A stretch of DNA of 63,887 bases, filler included, from Ferroacidibacillus organovorans (lineage in GTDB: Bacteria; Bacillota; Bacilli; Alicyclobacillales; SLC66), in assembly GCF_001642725.1 (NCBI RefSeq). It is 3 parts of 3 records of this genome, joined end to end, with 100 filler letters (N's around TTAATTAATTAA, not from the genome) between each part and the next. Parts side by side here need not be neighbours in the genome. Positions count along the whole stretch, not along the records: positions 1 to 23,179 come from NZ_LSUQ01000040.1; 2 more parts are not named here. One strand, given 5' to 3'. The notes under the pieces are model-generated. The model was not told where the DNA came from and made no database searches. It saw only the letters and a program-made list of their open reading frames with translations. The position numbers and the translations under genes were made by a program. Positions 1 to 11,296 of the stretch are shown here, in pieces (position 1 is the first letter of the stretch; every line of letters begins with the position of its first letter).

Positions 1-1
1 G

Positions 2-322
2 GCCTACAGCGCAGGAGTGGAGTCGCATGGGTTGAATCCGCGTGCCGTCGCGGTGATGAAGGAGGCAGGCATCGATATCTCGTCACATACGTCAAAATTG
101 ATTGATGATGAGATTCTCAATCGCGCGGATTACGTGATTACGCTTTGCGGTGATGCGGACGATCGCTGTCCCATGACACCGCCTCACGTGATGCGTCTGC
201 ATTTTGGATTTGAGGACCCCGCCAAAGCCACTGGTTCAGAAGAAGAGATCATGGCCAAATTTCGAGAGGTGCGCGATGCGATTCACGACCGCATACAAAC
301 GTTTATCAAAGAGACAATGTGA
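2..322 (+). CDS. arsC: Arsenate reductase, thioredoxin-dependent (5'-truncated by window edge)
   Basis: [27 protein letters not shown] and FEDPAKATG motifs of Bacillus-type ArsC; frame open to window start. Confidence 0.92.
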   Translation, partial: AYSAGVESHGLNPRAVAVMKEAGIDISSHTSKLIDDEILNRADYVITLCGDADDRCPMTPPHVMRLHFGFEDPAKATGSEEEIMAKFREVRDAIHDRIQTFIKETM

Positions 323-362
323 CGCGCAATTGAAAATCGCTGGGGCGCTCTAGCGCAAACCG

Positions 363-411
363 ATGCGTATGGGCTAGCGGACTGTGGTGTGATCCGCTGA
401 CCCATACGCAT
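363..411. terminator. Hairpin between convergent arsC and thiC
   Basis: ATGCGTATGGG (363-373) / CCCATACGCAT (401-411) inverted repeat with further inner pairing. Confidence 0.7.
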
Positions 412-431
412 TTATACGCGATTCATGTGTG

Positions 432-2355
<1,924 letters not shown>

Positions 2356-2540
2356 ATTAAATTGTAAGTTCAGCATAGCACTGATCCTAAGTTGTGACAA
2401 CGCTACCTTCAGATTGGTTAGGAGAGTACATCGAAAAAGCATGTCGTACGTTTGCGAGTACAGGATTGCTTTTTTGTCTGCTTGTCGCCTATGATGAATC
2501 TAGGATTTCTTAGCGAAAATAAATGTAGTCTACAATTGCA

Positions 2541-2742
2541 TAGGTAAAGAAAAGGTGTTCATTTCAGAGACGTCCACTGCAACGCGATGGACGAACCTCT
2601 AAGCATGTGAACTTAAAAGGGAAACCGGTTAAAGTCCGGTGCGGTCCCGCCACTGTAAGGGTGAGACTCGATCATCGCTCACTGAGCATACGCTTGGGAA
2701 GGTTGACGCGTGGCTGTGAACCTGAGCCAGGAGACCTGCCAA
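2541..2742 (+). promoter_or_regulatory. Cobalamin riboswitch aptamer
   Basis: AGGTG...TAAAAGGGAAACCGGT...TCCGGTGCGGTCCCGCCACTGT...GGGAAGG...AGCCAGGAGACCTGCC (B12 box), upstream of cob genes. Confidence 0.95.
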
Positions 2743-2853
2743 CTTCTAAACACCCGCGAAAGGTATGCAGGTGAAATGTTGAATTTCGCCATTTGCACGC
2801 TTTCGTAAACCTACGGTCGATAGGGCGGTGTTTGTGGGCGGGACTTCTCGCGT

Positions 2854-2892
2854 ACAAGCGCTCTATCCTATCGAGGGCGCTTGTTTTTGTTT
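2854..2892 (+). terminator. Attenuator terminator of the B12 leader
   Basis: ACAAGCGCTCT...AGGGCGCTTGT stem plus T tract just before the cbiA RBS. Confidence 0.7.
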
Positions 2893-2923
2893 GTATGCGC
2901 AAAGAAAAAGGGGAGTAAAGCGT

Positions 2924-4333
2924 ATGGAACGACCGCGTATTGTCATTGCGGGCGCGAATAGCGGGGCTGGAAAGACGACCGTCACACTGGGCTTGCTCTC
3001 TGCGTTTATGAGACGTCACATGATTGTTCAAGGGTTTAAGGTGGGACCCGACTATATTGATCCAAGCTACCACACTGCGGTGACAAAGCGACCTTCTCGT
3101 AATCTCGATTCATGGATGATGGGACAGGATGTGATGCGCGAAGTATTTGAGCGGGGGAGCGAAGGCGCAGATCTCTCTGTGATTGAAGGCGTCATGGGGA
3201 TGTATGACGGCAAAGACCCGCTTGAAAATACGGGAAGCACAGCGGAAGTGAGTGTCCTTTTAAAAGCGCCGGTGATTCTCGTGGTCAATGTCTCTAGTAT
3301 GGCGCGAAGTGCGGCGGCGGTGGTACTTGGGTTTCAAACGCTCGATCCGAGCATTCATCTCGCGGGAGTGATTGTCAACCGCGTAGGGAGCAAGGGGCAC
3401 TATGAGCTGGTGAAGGCGGCCATTGAACAGGTTTGCGGGGTACCCGTCGTCGGATATCTCACAAAGCAGGAAACCTTGCGGGTTCCCGAGCGCCACTTGG
3501 GACTGATCCCGGCGCTTGAACGCGGTGAATTGGGTGATCTCTTTGACGCGTTGGCAAACGCCGTGGAGGAAACGGTGGACACGAAGCTCATCCTGCAAAT
3601 TGCGCGAGACGCGCCGCCGTTTGAAGCGGTCAAACCGACTTTGTTTTGCGGAGAAAAGCGTGCCGCCACGACGACGATTGCAATCGCGCGGGATCGGGCG
3701 TTCAATTTCTATTACCCTGAGAACCTCGAATTGCTTTCTTGGTATGGCGCAGAATTGGTTGAGTTTCGCCCGCTTGAAGGGGAGCCTATCCCAGAATCGG
3801 CGTGCGGCGTGTATATCGGAGGCGGCTTCCCTGAAGAGTACGCAGAAGAACTGAGTCATAAAACGGAGGTGCGCGCGAGCTTTCAGCGCGCGGTTCAGCG
3901 AGGGATGCCACTTTTTGCAGAGTGCGGTGGATATATGTATCTCGCGGATCAACTGATTGACCGTGCGGCAGCGCCGCACGCCATGGCGGGAATTCTAGGC
4001 ATGGAGATTACCATGCAAGCGCGACTGTCTGCACTTGGATATCGCGAGGTGACGGCGTGTACAGATACACTGCTGCTAAAAGCGGGAGAATGCGCGCGTG
4101 GACACGAGTTTCACTATTCGACCGTTTCTCGAAAATGGGAAGAGTCTTGGCCATTCGCGTATGAAGTTGCGGGATTGCGCGGAGTGTTTCGCGATGGATA
4201 CGCGTGTGGAAACCTTCTCGCCGGGTACACCCATCTGCATTTTGCGTCAAATAAGCAGATGGCGGAACGCTTCATTGCATCGTGCGCACACTGGCGGCGC
4301 AGCGCCGCCTCTGAACCTTTGCTGTCTTTGTGA
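2924..4333 (+). CDS. cbiA: Cobyrinate a,c-diamide synthase (CbiA/CobB)
   Basis: SGAGKTT, FKVGPDYIDP, IEGVMG, AECGGYMYL, GHEFHYS; start moved to ATG 2924 after a GGGGAG RBS. Confidence 0.95.
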   Translation: MERPRIVIAGANSGAGKTTVTLGLLSAFMRRHMIVQGFKVGPDYIDPSYHTAVTKRPSRNLDSWMMGQDVMREVFERGSEGADLSVIEGVMGMYDGKDPLENTGSTAEVSVLLKAPVILVVNVSSMARSAAAVVLGFQTLDPSIHLAGVIVNRVGSKGHYELVKAAIEQVCGVPVVGYLTKQETLRVPERHLGLIPALERGELGDLFDALANAVEETVDTKLILQIARDAPPFEAVKPTLFCGEKRAATTTIAIARDRAFNFYYPENLELLSWYGAELVEFRPLEGEPIPESACGVYIGGGFPEEYAEELSHKTEVRASFQRAVQRGMPLFAECGGYMYLADQLIDRAAAPHAMAGILGMEITMQARLSALGYREVTACTDTLLLKAGECARGHEFHYSTVSRKWEESWPFAYEVAGLRGVFRDGYACGNLLAGYTHLHFASNKQMAERFIASCAHWRRSAASEPLLSL

Positions 4334-4377
4334 CATGGTTTCGATGGATAATGTTATGAGCAGGGGGCAAACGTGTA

Positions 4378-5910
4378 TTGGCAAAATGTCTGATGGTGAT
4401 GGGTACATCGTCTAACGTAGGGAAAAGTGTATTGTGCACGGCGCTCTGTCGCATCCTCGCGCAGGACGGTCACCGGGTGGCGCCGTTCAAATCGCAGAAT
4501 ATGTCACTCAATTCAGCAGTGACGCCATCCGGTCGCGAAATTGGCCGCGCCCAGGCTGTTCAGGCGGCCGCTTGTGGCATTCCCCCCAGTGAGCATATGA
4601 ATCCCGTCCTTTTAAAGCCGACGAGTCACACCGCGTCACAAGTGATTCTAAAGGGTCGAGTTTATGAGACGAAGTCAGCGCGCGCGTATTTTACTGAGAG
4701 AACCGGAGAAATATGGGATGCTGTTGTCGAGAGCTTTCGCGAGTTGGAGCGTCACTATGACGTTTTGGTGATCGAAGGGGCAGGCAGTCCGGTTGAGATG
4801 AATCTAAAGCCGCGTGACATCGCCAATATGCGCACCGCAGAACTTGCTGACGCCGCGGTTCTGCTTGTGGCGGATATTGATCGCGGGGGGATTTTTGCAT
4901 CCGTTGTCGGAACGATGCACTTGTTGACAGAAGAAGAACGGTCGCGGGTAAAAGGGATTATTGTCAACAAATTTCGCGGTGATCCGTCCCTCTTTGACGA
5001 CGGGGTGCGCATGCTTGAAGCGTACGTTGGCGTACCTGTCTTGGGTGTCATCCCCTATCTACACGAAATTGGAATTGAAGAAGAAGATTCTGTCGCACTT
5101 GAAGAGGGACGTTATCGGCAACCCCAAATGCGACAAGAATCACAAACGTGTCTGCGGATCGCCATCTTGCAACTTCCTCATCTCTCAAATTTCACGGATT
5201 TTGATCCACTGTTTCTTGAACCGGATGTGCACGCTTATTTTTGCCTCCATCCGAATGAGGTGGTAGACGCGCACGTCGTGATTCTGCCTGGTTCAAAAAA
5301 CACGGTCGATGATCTCATCTGGCTTCGCGCAAACGGATTTGAAGGTGTGCTCAAACAAAAACACGCCGATGGCGCATTTATCGTGGGAATCTGTGGCGGC
5401 TATCAGATGCTGGGCGAAGAGATTCGCGATCCGGACGGTCAGGAGTCGATGATTGAGCGGATTGCAGGACTTCGCGAACTCCCCATCGTGACAACGCTTG
5501 CGCGAGAAAAGACAACCGTGCTTGTTCATGGACAAGCTGAGGGACCGTTTGCGTCAATTCCGATCACAGGTTATGAGATTCATATGGGGGAGACTGTGTC
5601 GGGTGTGGCGCACCAAGCGTTTGCGAGGATAAAGACAGGCGCGGATGGCGTGTGGCGGGAGGATGGCGCGGTCAGTTCGGATGGATTGGTCATGGGGACC
5701 TATCTGCACGGTATTTTTGACAACGATGTGTTTAGACACGCGTGGCTTGAAGCAGTTCGAAAGCGTGTGGGGAGCGACGTTCACACGCGTTCTAATGTGA
5801 CAATGTCTGTTCATCGATCGCAAGCGATGGATCGACTCGCGTCGACAGTGCGGGAGCATCTCGACATGCATGTGCTCTACAAACTTTTACACAGAGAGGT
5901 TGATTTGTGA
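4378..5910 (+). CDS. cobQ: Cobyric acid synthase (CobQ/CbiP)
   Basis: GTSSNVGKS, PFKSQNMSLNS, EGAGSP, DIDRGG, GICGGYQMLG, GTYLHG. Confidence 0.96.
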   Translation: MAKCLMVMGTSSNVGKSVLCTALCRILAQDGHRVAPFKSQNMSLNSAVTPSGREIGRAQAVQAAACGIPPSEHMNPVLLKPTSHTASQVILKGRVYETKSARAYFTERTGEIWDAVVESFRELERHYDVLVIEGAGSPVEMNLKPRDIANMRTAELADAAVLLVADIDRGGIFASVVGTMHLLTEEERSRVKGIIVNKFRGDPSLFDDGVRMLEAYVGVPVLGVIPYLHEIGIEEEDSVALEEGRYRQPQMRQESQTCLRIAILQLPHLSNFTDFDPLFLEPDVHAYFCLHPNEVVDAHVVILPGSKNTVDDLIWLRANGFEGVLKQKHADGAFIVGICGGYQMLGEEIRDPDGQESMIERIAGLRELPIVTTLAREKTTVLVHGQAEGPFASIPITGYEIHMGETVSGVAHQAFARIKTGADGVWREDGAVSSDGLVMGTYLHGIFDNDVFRHAWLEAVRKRVGSDVHTRSNVTMSVHRSQAMDRLASTVREHLDMHVLYKLLHREVDL

Positions 5911-6476
5911 TGAAGATTTACACGCGCGGTGGGGATCGCGGAAAAACTGCACTGATTGGTGGGGCGAGACGATTTAAAGACGATGCGCGCGTGGAGGCGT
6001 ATGGCGCCGTGGATGAGGCCGGTTCCTTTCTTGGGCTTGCCGCCAGTTGGCTTGAGTTGGACGGACAACGCGATCTCGTTGATCTGCTCACGCAGATTCA
6101 ACAGACCCTCTGGGATGTCGGGGCAGATCTGGCGGCGCCCACCTCAGAAAAGTATACCTATCGAACGCCTGAAGATGCGGCGGGTCTCATTGAGCCGCTG
6201 ATCGATCGATACAAAGAAGAAGCGGATGCTGTCAAACGCTTTATTCTGCGTGGTGGAACGGTTAGCGCATCCGCGCTGCAGGTTGCCTGTACGGTCGTGC
6301 GAAGGGCTGAGCGAAGAACGGTGAGTCTGATGCAACTCGAGGAGATCCATCAACCTGCGTTGCGCTATCTCAACCGATTGTCGGATCTCTTGTTTGTGCT
6401 GGCGCGTGCGGTAAACGCGCGCGCGGAGCAAAAAGAGGTGGAATACATTCACAGCACAGAGGTGTTTCGTGACTAG
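5907..6476 (+). CDS. Cob(I)alamin adenosyltransferase, PduO type
   Basis: KIYTRGGDRGKT, AYGAVDE, RRAERR, YLNRLSDLLF. Confidence 0.93.
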   Translation: MMKIYTRGGDRGKTALIGGARRFKDDARVEAYGAVDEAGSFLGLAASWLELDGQRDLVDLLTQIQQTLWDVGADLAAPTSEKYTYRTPEDAAGLIEPLIDRYKEEADAVKRFILRGGTVSASALQVACTVVRRAERRTVSLMQLEEIHQPALRYLNRLSDLLFVLARAVNARAEQKEVEYIHSTEVFRD

Positions 6477-6524
6477 GGGAATCTGTAAACAAAGACAGGC
6501 GGCTTCTCGCGGGGGAAATGTAGT

Positions 6525-7499
6525 GTGAATTTCCCACTGCTTGCGACAGTCAGTCTTTTGGTCGATCGTGTCGTCGGCGATCCACGAATTCTCCCGCATC
6601 CTGTGGTGCTTATGGGAAACGTCACGCGTTTCATGGAGCGGCGATTAAACAAGTGGCAATCGGATCGCGCACGCGCTCTCCAGATGAAAGGTGTTCTTCT
6701 CACTCTCATGGTCACGGGCGGCTCCTTTGTCATCACGTCGTGGACCTGCATGATCGCAGCGGCGGTTTCTCCATTGCTCGGGATTTTTGTAAACATCTGG
6801 TTGATTTCAACGACGATCGCGTGGAAGGGGCTGAATCGCGCGGGACGTGAGGTATACACTGCGCTCACAACCCGGGATCTTGATGCGGGAAGGAAAGCAG
6901 TCAGCATGATTGTCGGGCGCGATTCTGCGCAAATGAATGAGTCAGAGGTCGTCAGGGCAACGGTTGAGACGCTTGCGGAAAATGTGGTGGATGCGATCGT
7001 TTCTCCCGTGTTTTTCGCCATGCTAGGGGGCGCTCCGCTCGCCATGGCCTATCGCGCGGTGAACACCCTCGACTCGATGGTGGGGTATAAAAACGATCGC
7101 TATCGCGCTTTTGGGTGGGCATCTGCGCGGCTCGATGATGTTCTCAATTATCTACCCGCCAGAGCGACGGTTCTATTGCTCTATTTCGCTCTACTCCGCG
7201 ATCGACGTTCTGCAAACAGTGCTTGGCGTGTCATGTGCAGAGATGCGCGAAAACATCCCAGTCCGAATAGCGGATTTCCCGAATCCATGGTTGCGGGTGG
7301 ACTTTCTATTCAATTGGGTGGGCTGAATTATTATGACGGTGTGCCGTCACACCGAGCGCAGATGGGCGATCCGTTTCGCTCGCTTACACCCGAGCGGATT
7401 CTTGAAACGGTTCGCCTTGTCGCGAAAACGGGATGGCTCCTTTTTAGCGTTGCTGGATTGATCACACTCCTTGTGGCGGGATATTTGAACAGGACCTGA
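6525..7499 (+). CDS. cbiB: Adenosylcobinamide-phosphate synthase
   Basis: GDP..LPHPV, IVGRD, ETLAEN, NTLDSMVGY, HPSPNSG. Confidence 0.95.
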   Translation: MNFPLLATVSLLVDRVVGDPRILPHPVVLMGNVTRFMERRLNKWQSDRARALQMKGVLLTLMVTGGSFVITSWTCMIAAAVSPLLGIFVNIWLISTTIAWKGLNRAGREVYTALTTRDLDAGRKAVSMIVGRDSAQMNESEVVRATVETLAENVVDAIVSPVFFAMLGGAPLAMAYRAVNTLDSMVGYKNDRYRAFGWASARLDDVLNYLPARATVLLLYFALLRDRRSANSAWRVMCRDARKHPSPNSGFPESMVAGGLSIQLGGLNYYDGVPSHRAQMGDPFRSLTPERILETVRLVAKTGWLLFSVAGLITLLVAGYLNRT

Positions 7500-7513
7500 T
7501 GAGGTGACTGCTG

Positions 7514-8668
7514 ATGCATGGTGGAAGAGTCTATGAATATGCTGAGCAAAGAGGCGGCGCTCTGGATGAAATTGTAGATTTTAGTGCAAATCTGCATCCT
7601 TTGGGGCCTCCCGAGACTGTCACCCACGCTCTTCAAGTTGCACTTCATCTGGTGCGACACTATCCTGACTCGCGTCACTTGCGCGTGAAAGAGGTTTTGG
7701 CAAAACGCTATGACGTTGCGATGGATCATCTGGTTTGTGGCAATGGGGCGTCAGAGGTCTTGGAATTGCTGTTGCGCGTTCTGGCGCCTCAGCGAACGTG
7801 GATTATGGAACCAGCGTTTCGTGAGTACGAAGCAATCGCCCGCAGAGTTGGGTCGAAAATCGAACGCGTATCGATGATGGCTTTTGGCGACCGATTTTAT
7901 TTTCCGCTCAATCGAATTGTGGAATCGGCGCGCACTGGAGATTGCGTCGTCTTGAATACACCTCATAACCCTTCTGGAATGCACGTTTTAAAAGTCGATG
8001 TGTCGGATGCGGTCAACACTTTATTGGACCACAATGTAGATGTGATCGTCGATGAGTCATTTATCGATTTTTTAGAGAATGAAAAGTCAGAGACTTGGCT
8101 GCGTGAGTCGACGGTGAATCCTCATCTTCACACCATCCGCTCTGCCACAAAGGTGTTTGCCATTCCAGGATTGCGATTCGGGTTTGCCGTCGTTCACCCC
8201 GATGTCGCAAAAAAAATTGAGAGCGATCGCGATGGCTGGAGTGTCAATGTTCTAGCGCAAGAAGCGGCCATCGCCGCGTATCAGGATCGCGCATGGATTC
8301 TGCGGACGCAGCAGTGGCTCGTACAGCAGCATGCTTTTATTCACTCTAGTTGGGGGATGGATGCGCGCATACACGTCTATCCGTTTGCTGTGAATTTCTT
8401 TCTTGTTACGTTCTCACACGCCTCATTAAGTCGATTTATTCAAACTGAATTACACCGAAGCGGATATATTGTGAGAAATTGCGAATCGTTTCATGGATTG
8501 GGTGCATCGCATATGCGCATTGCGATTCGCACAGCAGAAGAAAATTACGCGCTCTGGAATGCGTATTTAAACGCGATGGACGCATATCAAGATCACTCCC
8601 CAATGTCATCATCTAAACGCAGAGGGGAGTCAGCGCATACTGTGGATGATGGAGACCATAAAAAATAA
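7514..8668 (+). CDS. cobD: Threonine-phosphate decarboxylase
   Basis: HGG, DFSANLHPLG, GNGASE, PHNPSG, DESFIDF, SATKVFAIPGLRFG; last gene of cob operon; 3' end overlaps recombinase. Confidence 0.88.
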   Translation: MHGGRVYEYAEQRGGALDEIVDFSANLHPLGPPETVTHALQVALHLVRHYPDSRHLRVKEVLAKRYDVAMDHLVCGNGASEVLELLLRVLAPQRTWIMEPAFREYEAIARRVGSKIERVSMMAFGDRFYFPLNRIVESARTGDCVVLNTPHNPSGMHVLKVDVSDAVNTLLDHNVDVIVDESFIDFLENEKSETWLRESTVNPHLHTIRSATKVFAIPGLRFGFAVVHPDVAKKIESDRDGWSVNVLAQEAAIAAYQDRAWILRTQQWLVQQHAFIHSSWGMDARIHVYPFAVNFFLVTFSHASLSRFIQTELHRSGYIVRNCESFHGLGASHMRIAIRTAEENYALWNAYLNAMDAYQDHSPMSSSKRRGESAHTVDDGDHKK

Positions 8669-10209
8669 ACGTGAACACTGCCGTCGCGATCGATGACCAC
8701 TCGATCAAGCACTTGACGAAGCGCCAGGCGCAGTGTGCTGTCATCGTACGGTGTCGATGGTGTAAATAAGAGTGCTGCACCTAGTGACACCGTGTCTTCT
8801 GAAGAAGTGGGTGCTTGTTCGATCTTTTTTTCGAGAAGGCGGTTCATCTCACTCTGCAATATCCTTTCTTGATCAATGAGGTTTCGCTGACTCTCCTCAA
8901 TGAGCGCAGTGGGGAAGATACCGCGACGAAACGCTTCCAGGTTGCGTTTTTGTTCTTTTCGATTGATAGAGATTTGCATTTTTAACGCTTGCATGCGCTG
9001 TTCACTTCGATCCACCCCTAAAGAGGCGATTTCCCTACGAGACTGTTGGAACTGGAGCCACCCAGAGTCTTCCTGAAATTTCCTGTTTAACACAGCAAAA
9101 ATCATTTCGCTAAGCGTGTCATAATTTGTGGCGCTGTGGTTGTCACACGCTGCCTTGTTGATCCTTTTTACTTTTGAACACACAACATACTTATAGCGCT
9201 CTCGTTCACGTTTTTTGCGCCCTGTGACAATCATGCTTCCTCCACACGATGCGCATCTCAAGAATCCGGCGAGGAGATTGGCGCTTTGTTTGACACTCTT
9301 GTTGCGCGCTTTGAATTTCATGAGATGTTGCGCGAGATCAAAGCGATCTTGACGAATAATGGGTGGATGCGCGTGAGGGATAACGATCCAATCATCCTCG
9401 CTGCGAAATTGAAGACGCTTTACGGGAAGATCAATTCTGCGAGACTTTTCGATGTCATGCATCGTCGTGCGTTTGTGCGCAATAAGTGTGCCTACGTACA
9501 CTTCGTGACGGAGAATGGCGTTTACGGTTGACGCTTGCCAGGCTGTGTTTTTCTGATACTGGTGCTTGAGTGCTGTGGGAACCTGTCGATGATTGAGTGT
9601 GTTTGCAATCTCTTTTGTTCCTTTTCCAGTAAGGTACATATCAAAAATTTCGCGCACGATAGGCGCTGTTTGTGGATCGGGGACAAGCTTTTTCGCACCG
9701 TCTTTCAAATAACCGTAGGGCGTGATGTTTCCGATGTGGCGTCCGCGGCGGGCGGATTGTCGCAGGCCGCGTTGAATCGCTCTTGACATTTCTTTGCTTT
9801 TATAGGCGGCTAACATTGCGTGAACGGTAAAAATCATTTCAGAATTGCGTCCCTCGATGGCAGAATCATAGCCCTCTTCAATACTGATCAAGCGTATTCC
9901 GTATACCTGTTCAAGTCGCTTCTTTGTGTTGAATGCGTCACTCAAGTCGCGGCTGAATCGGGAGATCGCTGTAAACAAAATGACTTCAAATCGCCCAGCC
10001 CGCGCATCAACGAGCATGCGCTGTACTTCATTTCGATGCGTCATCTCAGTCCCTGAAATACCTGCGTCATTATAAATCAGAGACGGATCTGTTTTGAGTT
10101 GAATGCGTTCGGCGTGCTCTTGGCACGTGGCAATCTGATTGGCAGGGGAGTCGCGTTGGGTGTCTGAGTCTGTCGATACGCGAACATAGATCGCGGCCCT
10201 TTTGATCAT
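8593..10209 (-). CDS. Large serine recombinase (candidate gerE-element integrase/excisase)
   Basis: AIYVRVST catalytic motif, ISRFSRD, PYGY, LLAGFLRCASCG zinc ribbon, coiled coil. Confidence 0.95.
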   Translation of the reverse strand: MIKRAAIYVRVSTDSDTQRDSPANQIATCQEHAERIQLKTDPSLIYNDAGISGTEMTHRNEVQRMLVDARAGRFEVILFTAISRFSRDLSDAFNTKKRLEQVYGIRLISIEEGYDSAIEGRNSEMIFTVHAMLAAYKSKEMSRAIQRGLRQSARRGRHIGNITPYGYLKDGAKKLVPDPQTAPIVREIFDMYLTGKGTKEIANTLNHRQVPTALKHQYQKNTAWQASTVNAILRHEVYVGTLIAHKRTTMHDIEKSRRIDLPVKRLQFRSEDDWIVIPHAHPPIIRQDRFDLAQHLMKFKARNKSVKQSANLLAGFLRCASCGGSMIVTGRKKRERERYKYVVCSKVKRINKAACDNHSATNYDTLSEMIFAVLNRKFQEDSGWLQFQQSRREIASLGVDRSEQRMQALKMQISINRKEQKRNLEAFRRGIFPTALIEESQRNLIDQERILQSEMNRLLEKKIEQAPTSSEDTVSLGAALLFTPSTPYDDSTLRLALRQVLDRVVIDRDGSVHVYFLWSPSSTVCADSPLRLDDDIGE

Positions 10210-10212
10210 GGG

Positions 10213-10440
10213 TCATCGGTCCAGTGAAGCGAGAGGATGTTTTATAACTCCTGTGTCGACCGATTCACAATTTCGTTTTACATCGTCTAAGGCCAGTGCA
10301 AAGATGTGGACCGCCAGTTCTTCAAAAGAAGGCCCGTGATTTCGGAGGTGAAAAGTAATGATTTTTTCGTTTGTGAGTTTGCTTTGTTTCCATTTCACGC
10401 AATCGTCAAGGGAAACATGATTTAATGTCATTGCCGTCAC
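10213..10440 (-). CDS. Small protein upstream of recombinase, candidate recombination directionality factor
   Basis: 75 aa, GGAG RBS before GTG, ends 3 bp before recombinase ATG; function inferred from position only. Confidence 0.5.
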   Translation of the reverse strand: MTAMTLNHVSLDDCVKWKQSKLTNEKIITFHLRNHGPSFEELAVHIFALALDDVKRNCESVDTGVIKHPLASLDR

Positions 10441-10509
10441 GCTCCAGTCTTTATAACGGTATGCGGATGCGGCCTGTCAACTTGTTAAGCGAGTTTCCAT
10501 ATTGACTAA

Positions 10510-10596
10510 CTCACTAATGTCATGAAAAAGCTAAACGTAAAAGGCCGGTCGCAGGCTGTTGTTGAATTGGTCAGACTGGGTGAAATACAGATTTAG
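10510..10596 (+). pseudogene. gerE: 3' fragment of split gerE (LuxR-type mother-cell regulator)
   Basis: Translates (L)TNVMKKLNVKGRSQAVVELVRLGEIQI*, matching the B. subtilis GerE C-terminus ISNAMQKLGVKGRSQAVVELLRMGELEL; in-frame TAA at 10507-10509; syntenic with marR-murI-rph. Confidence 0.9.
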
Positions 10597-10600
10597 TGAG

Positions 10601-10635
10601 ATCCCCCCGTGTTTTTTCACAGGGGGGAATTTTTT
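10601..10635 (+). terminator. gerE terminator
   Basis: TCCCCCCGTG...CACAGGGGGGA stem followed by TTTTTT immediately after the gerE stop. Confidence 0.75.
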
Positions 10636-10689
10636 CGGTATACTGTGATAAAATTTTCCTCATAGTTAGGAATGAATTGTGGAGGTATT

Positions 10690-11010
10690 ATGGCGAGGGC
10701 TTACGGGTTATTTATTTTGGCAGGGCTCGCTGAAATTGGCGGGGGATACCTCGTCTGGCAATGGATGAGAAATGGGAAACCGCTTTGGGTCGGCATTCTT
10801 GGCGGGGTGATTCTTTTTCTTTACGGTGTGATTGCCACACGTCAGGAGTTTGCATCGTTTGGAAGAGTGTATGCTGCATATGGTGGGGTATTTATCATCT
10901 TATCCCTTTTGTTTGGATGGGGTGTAGATCATCGACGCCCAGACATTCAAGAGTGGCTGGGCGCCGCAATATGTCTCGTAGGTGTGTCCGTGATGCTTTT
11001 ACGCAAATAA
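10690..11010 (+). CDS. YnfA family small membrane protein
   Basis: [11 protein letters not shown] and [21 protein letters not shown] before ATG 10690. Confidence 0.92.
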   Translation: MARAYGLFILAGLAEIGGGYLVWQWMRNGKPLWVGILGGVILFLYGVIATRQEFASFGRVYAAYGGVFIILSLLFGWGVDHRRPDIQEWLGAAICLVGVSVMLLRK

Positions 11011-11015
11011 ATAAA

Positions 11016-11052
11016 CCCTAGAGAAAGAGGAGAATTCCCTCTTTCTCTAGGG
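11016..11052. terminator. Hairpin between convergent genes
   Basis: Perfect 15-bp stem CCCTAGAGAAAGAGG / CCTCTTTCTCTAGGG. Confidence 0.8.
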
Positions 11053-11071
11053 CAGGGAGATTCAACAAGGA

Positions 11072-11254
11072 TTAACCGAGTTGATTGATATGTTGCCCCT
11101 TTGAAGGCTCAACGCCGTGATCGCCGTCGTGATCACTCTGCGACGCCGCGGTCTGTAAGCTATTCGCAGTCGATGTTGTTTTATTGTGGGCGTTTGGACT
11201 CGCTGCACCCTGAACTAAACCTAAACCTGTTTGTGATGATAGACTTGTTATCAT
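11072..11254 (-). CDS. Small Ser/Thr/Gln-rich hypothetical protein with DHDGD motif
   Basis: GGGGAGG RBS, 60 aa, followed by terminator. Confidence 0.6.
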   Translation of the reverse strand: MITSLSSQTGLGLVQGAASPNAHNKTTSTANSLQTAASQSDHDGDHGVEPSKGQHINQLG

Positions 11255-11296
11255 TCTCTTCGCCTCCCCGTGTAAAGAGAATATGGGTGAAAAAAC

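Noticed and set aside
3130..3153. REVFE peptide resembling the missing GerE N-terminus
   Set aside because: It is an in-frame part of cbiA (VMREVFER) and its flanks do not match GerE
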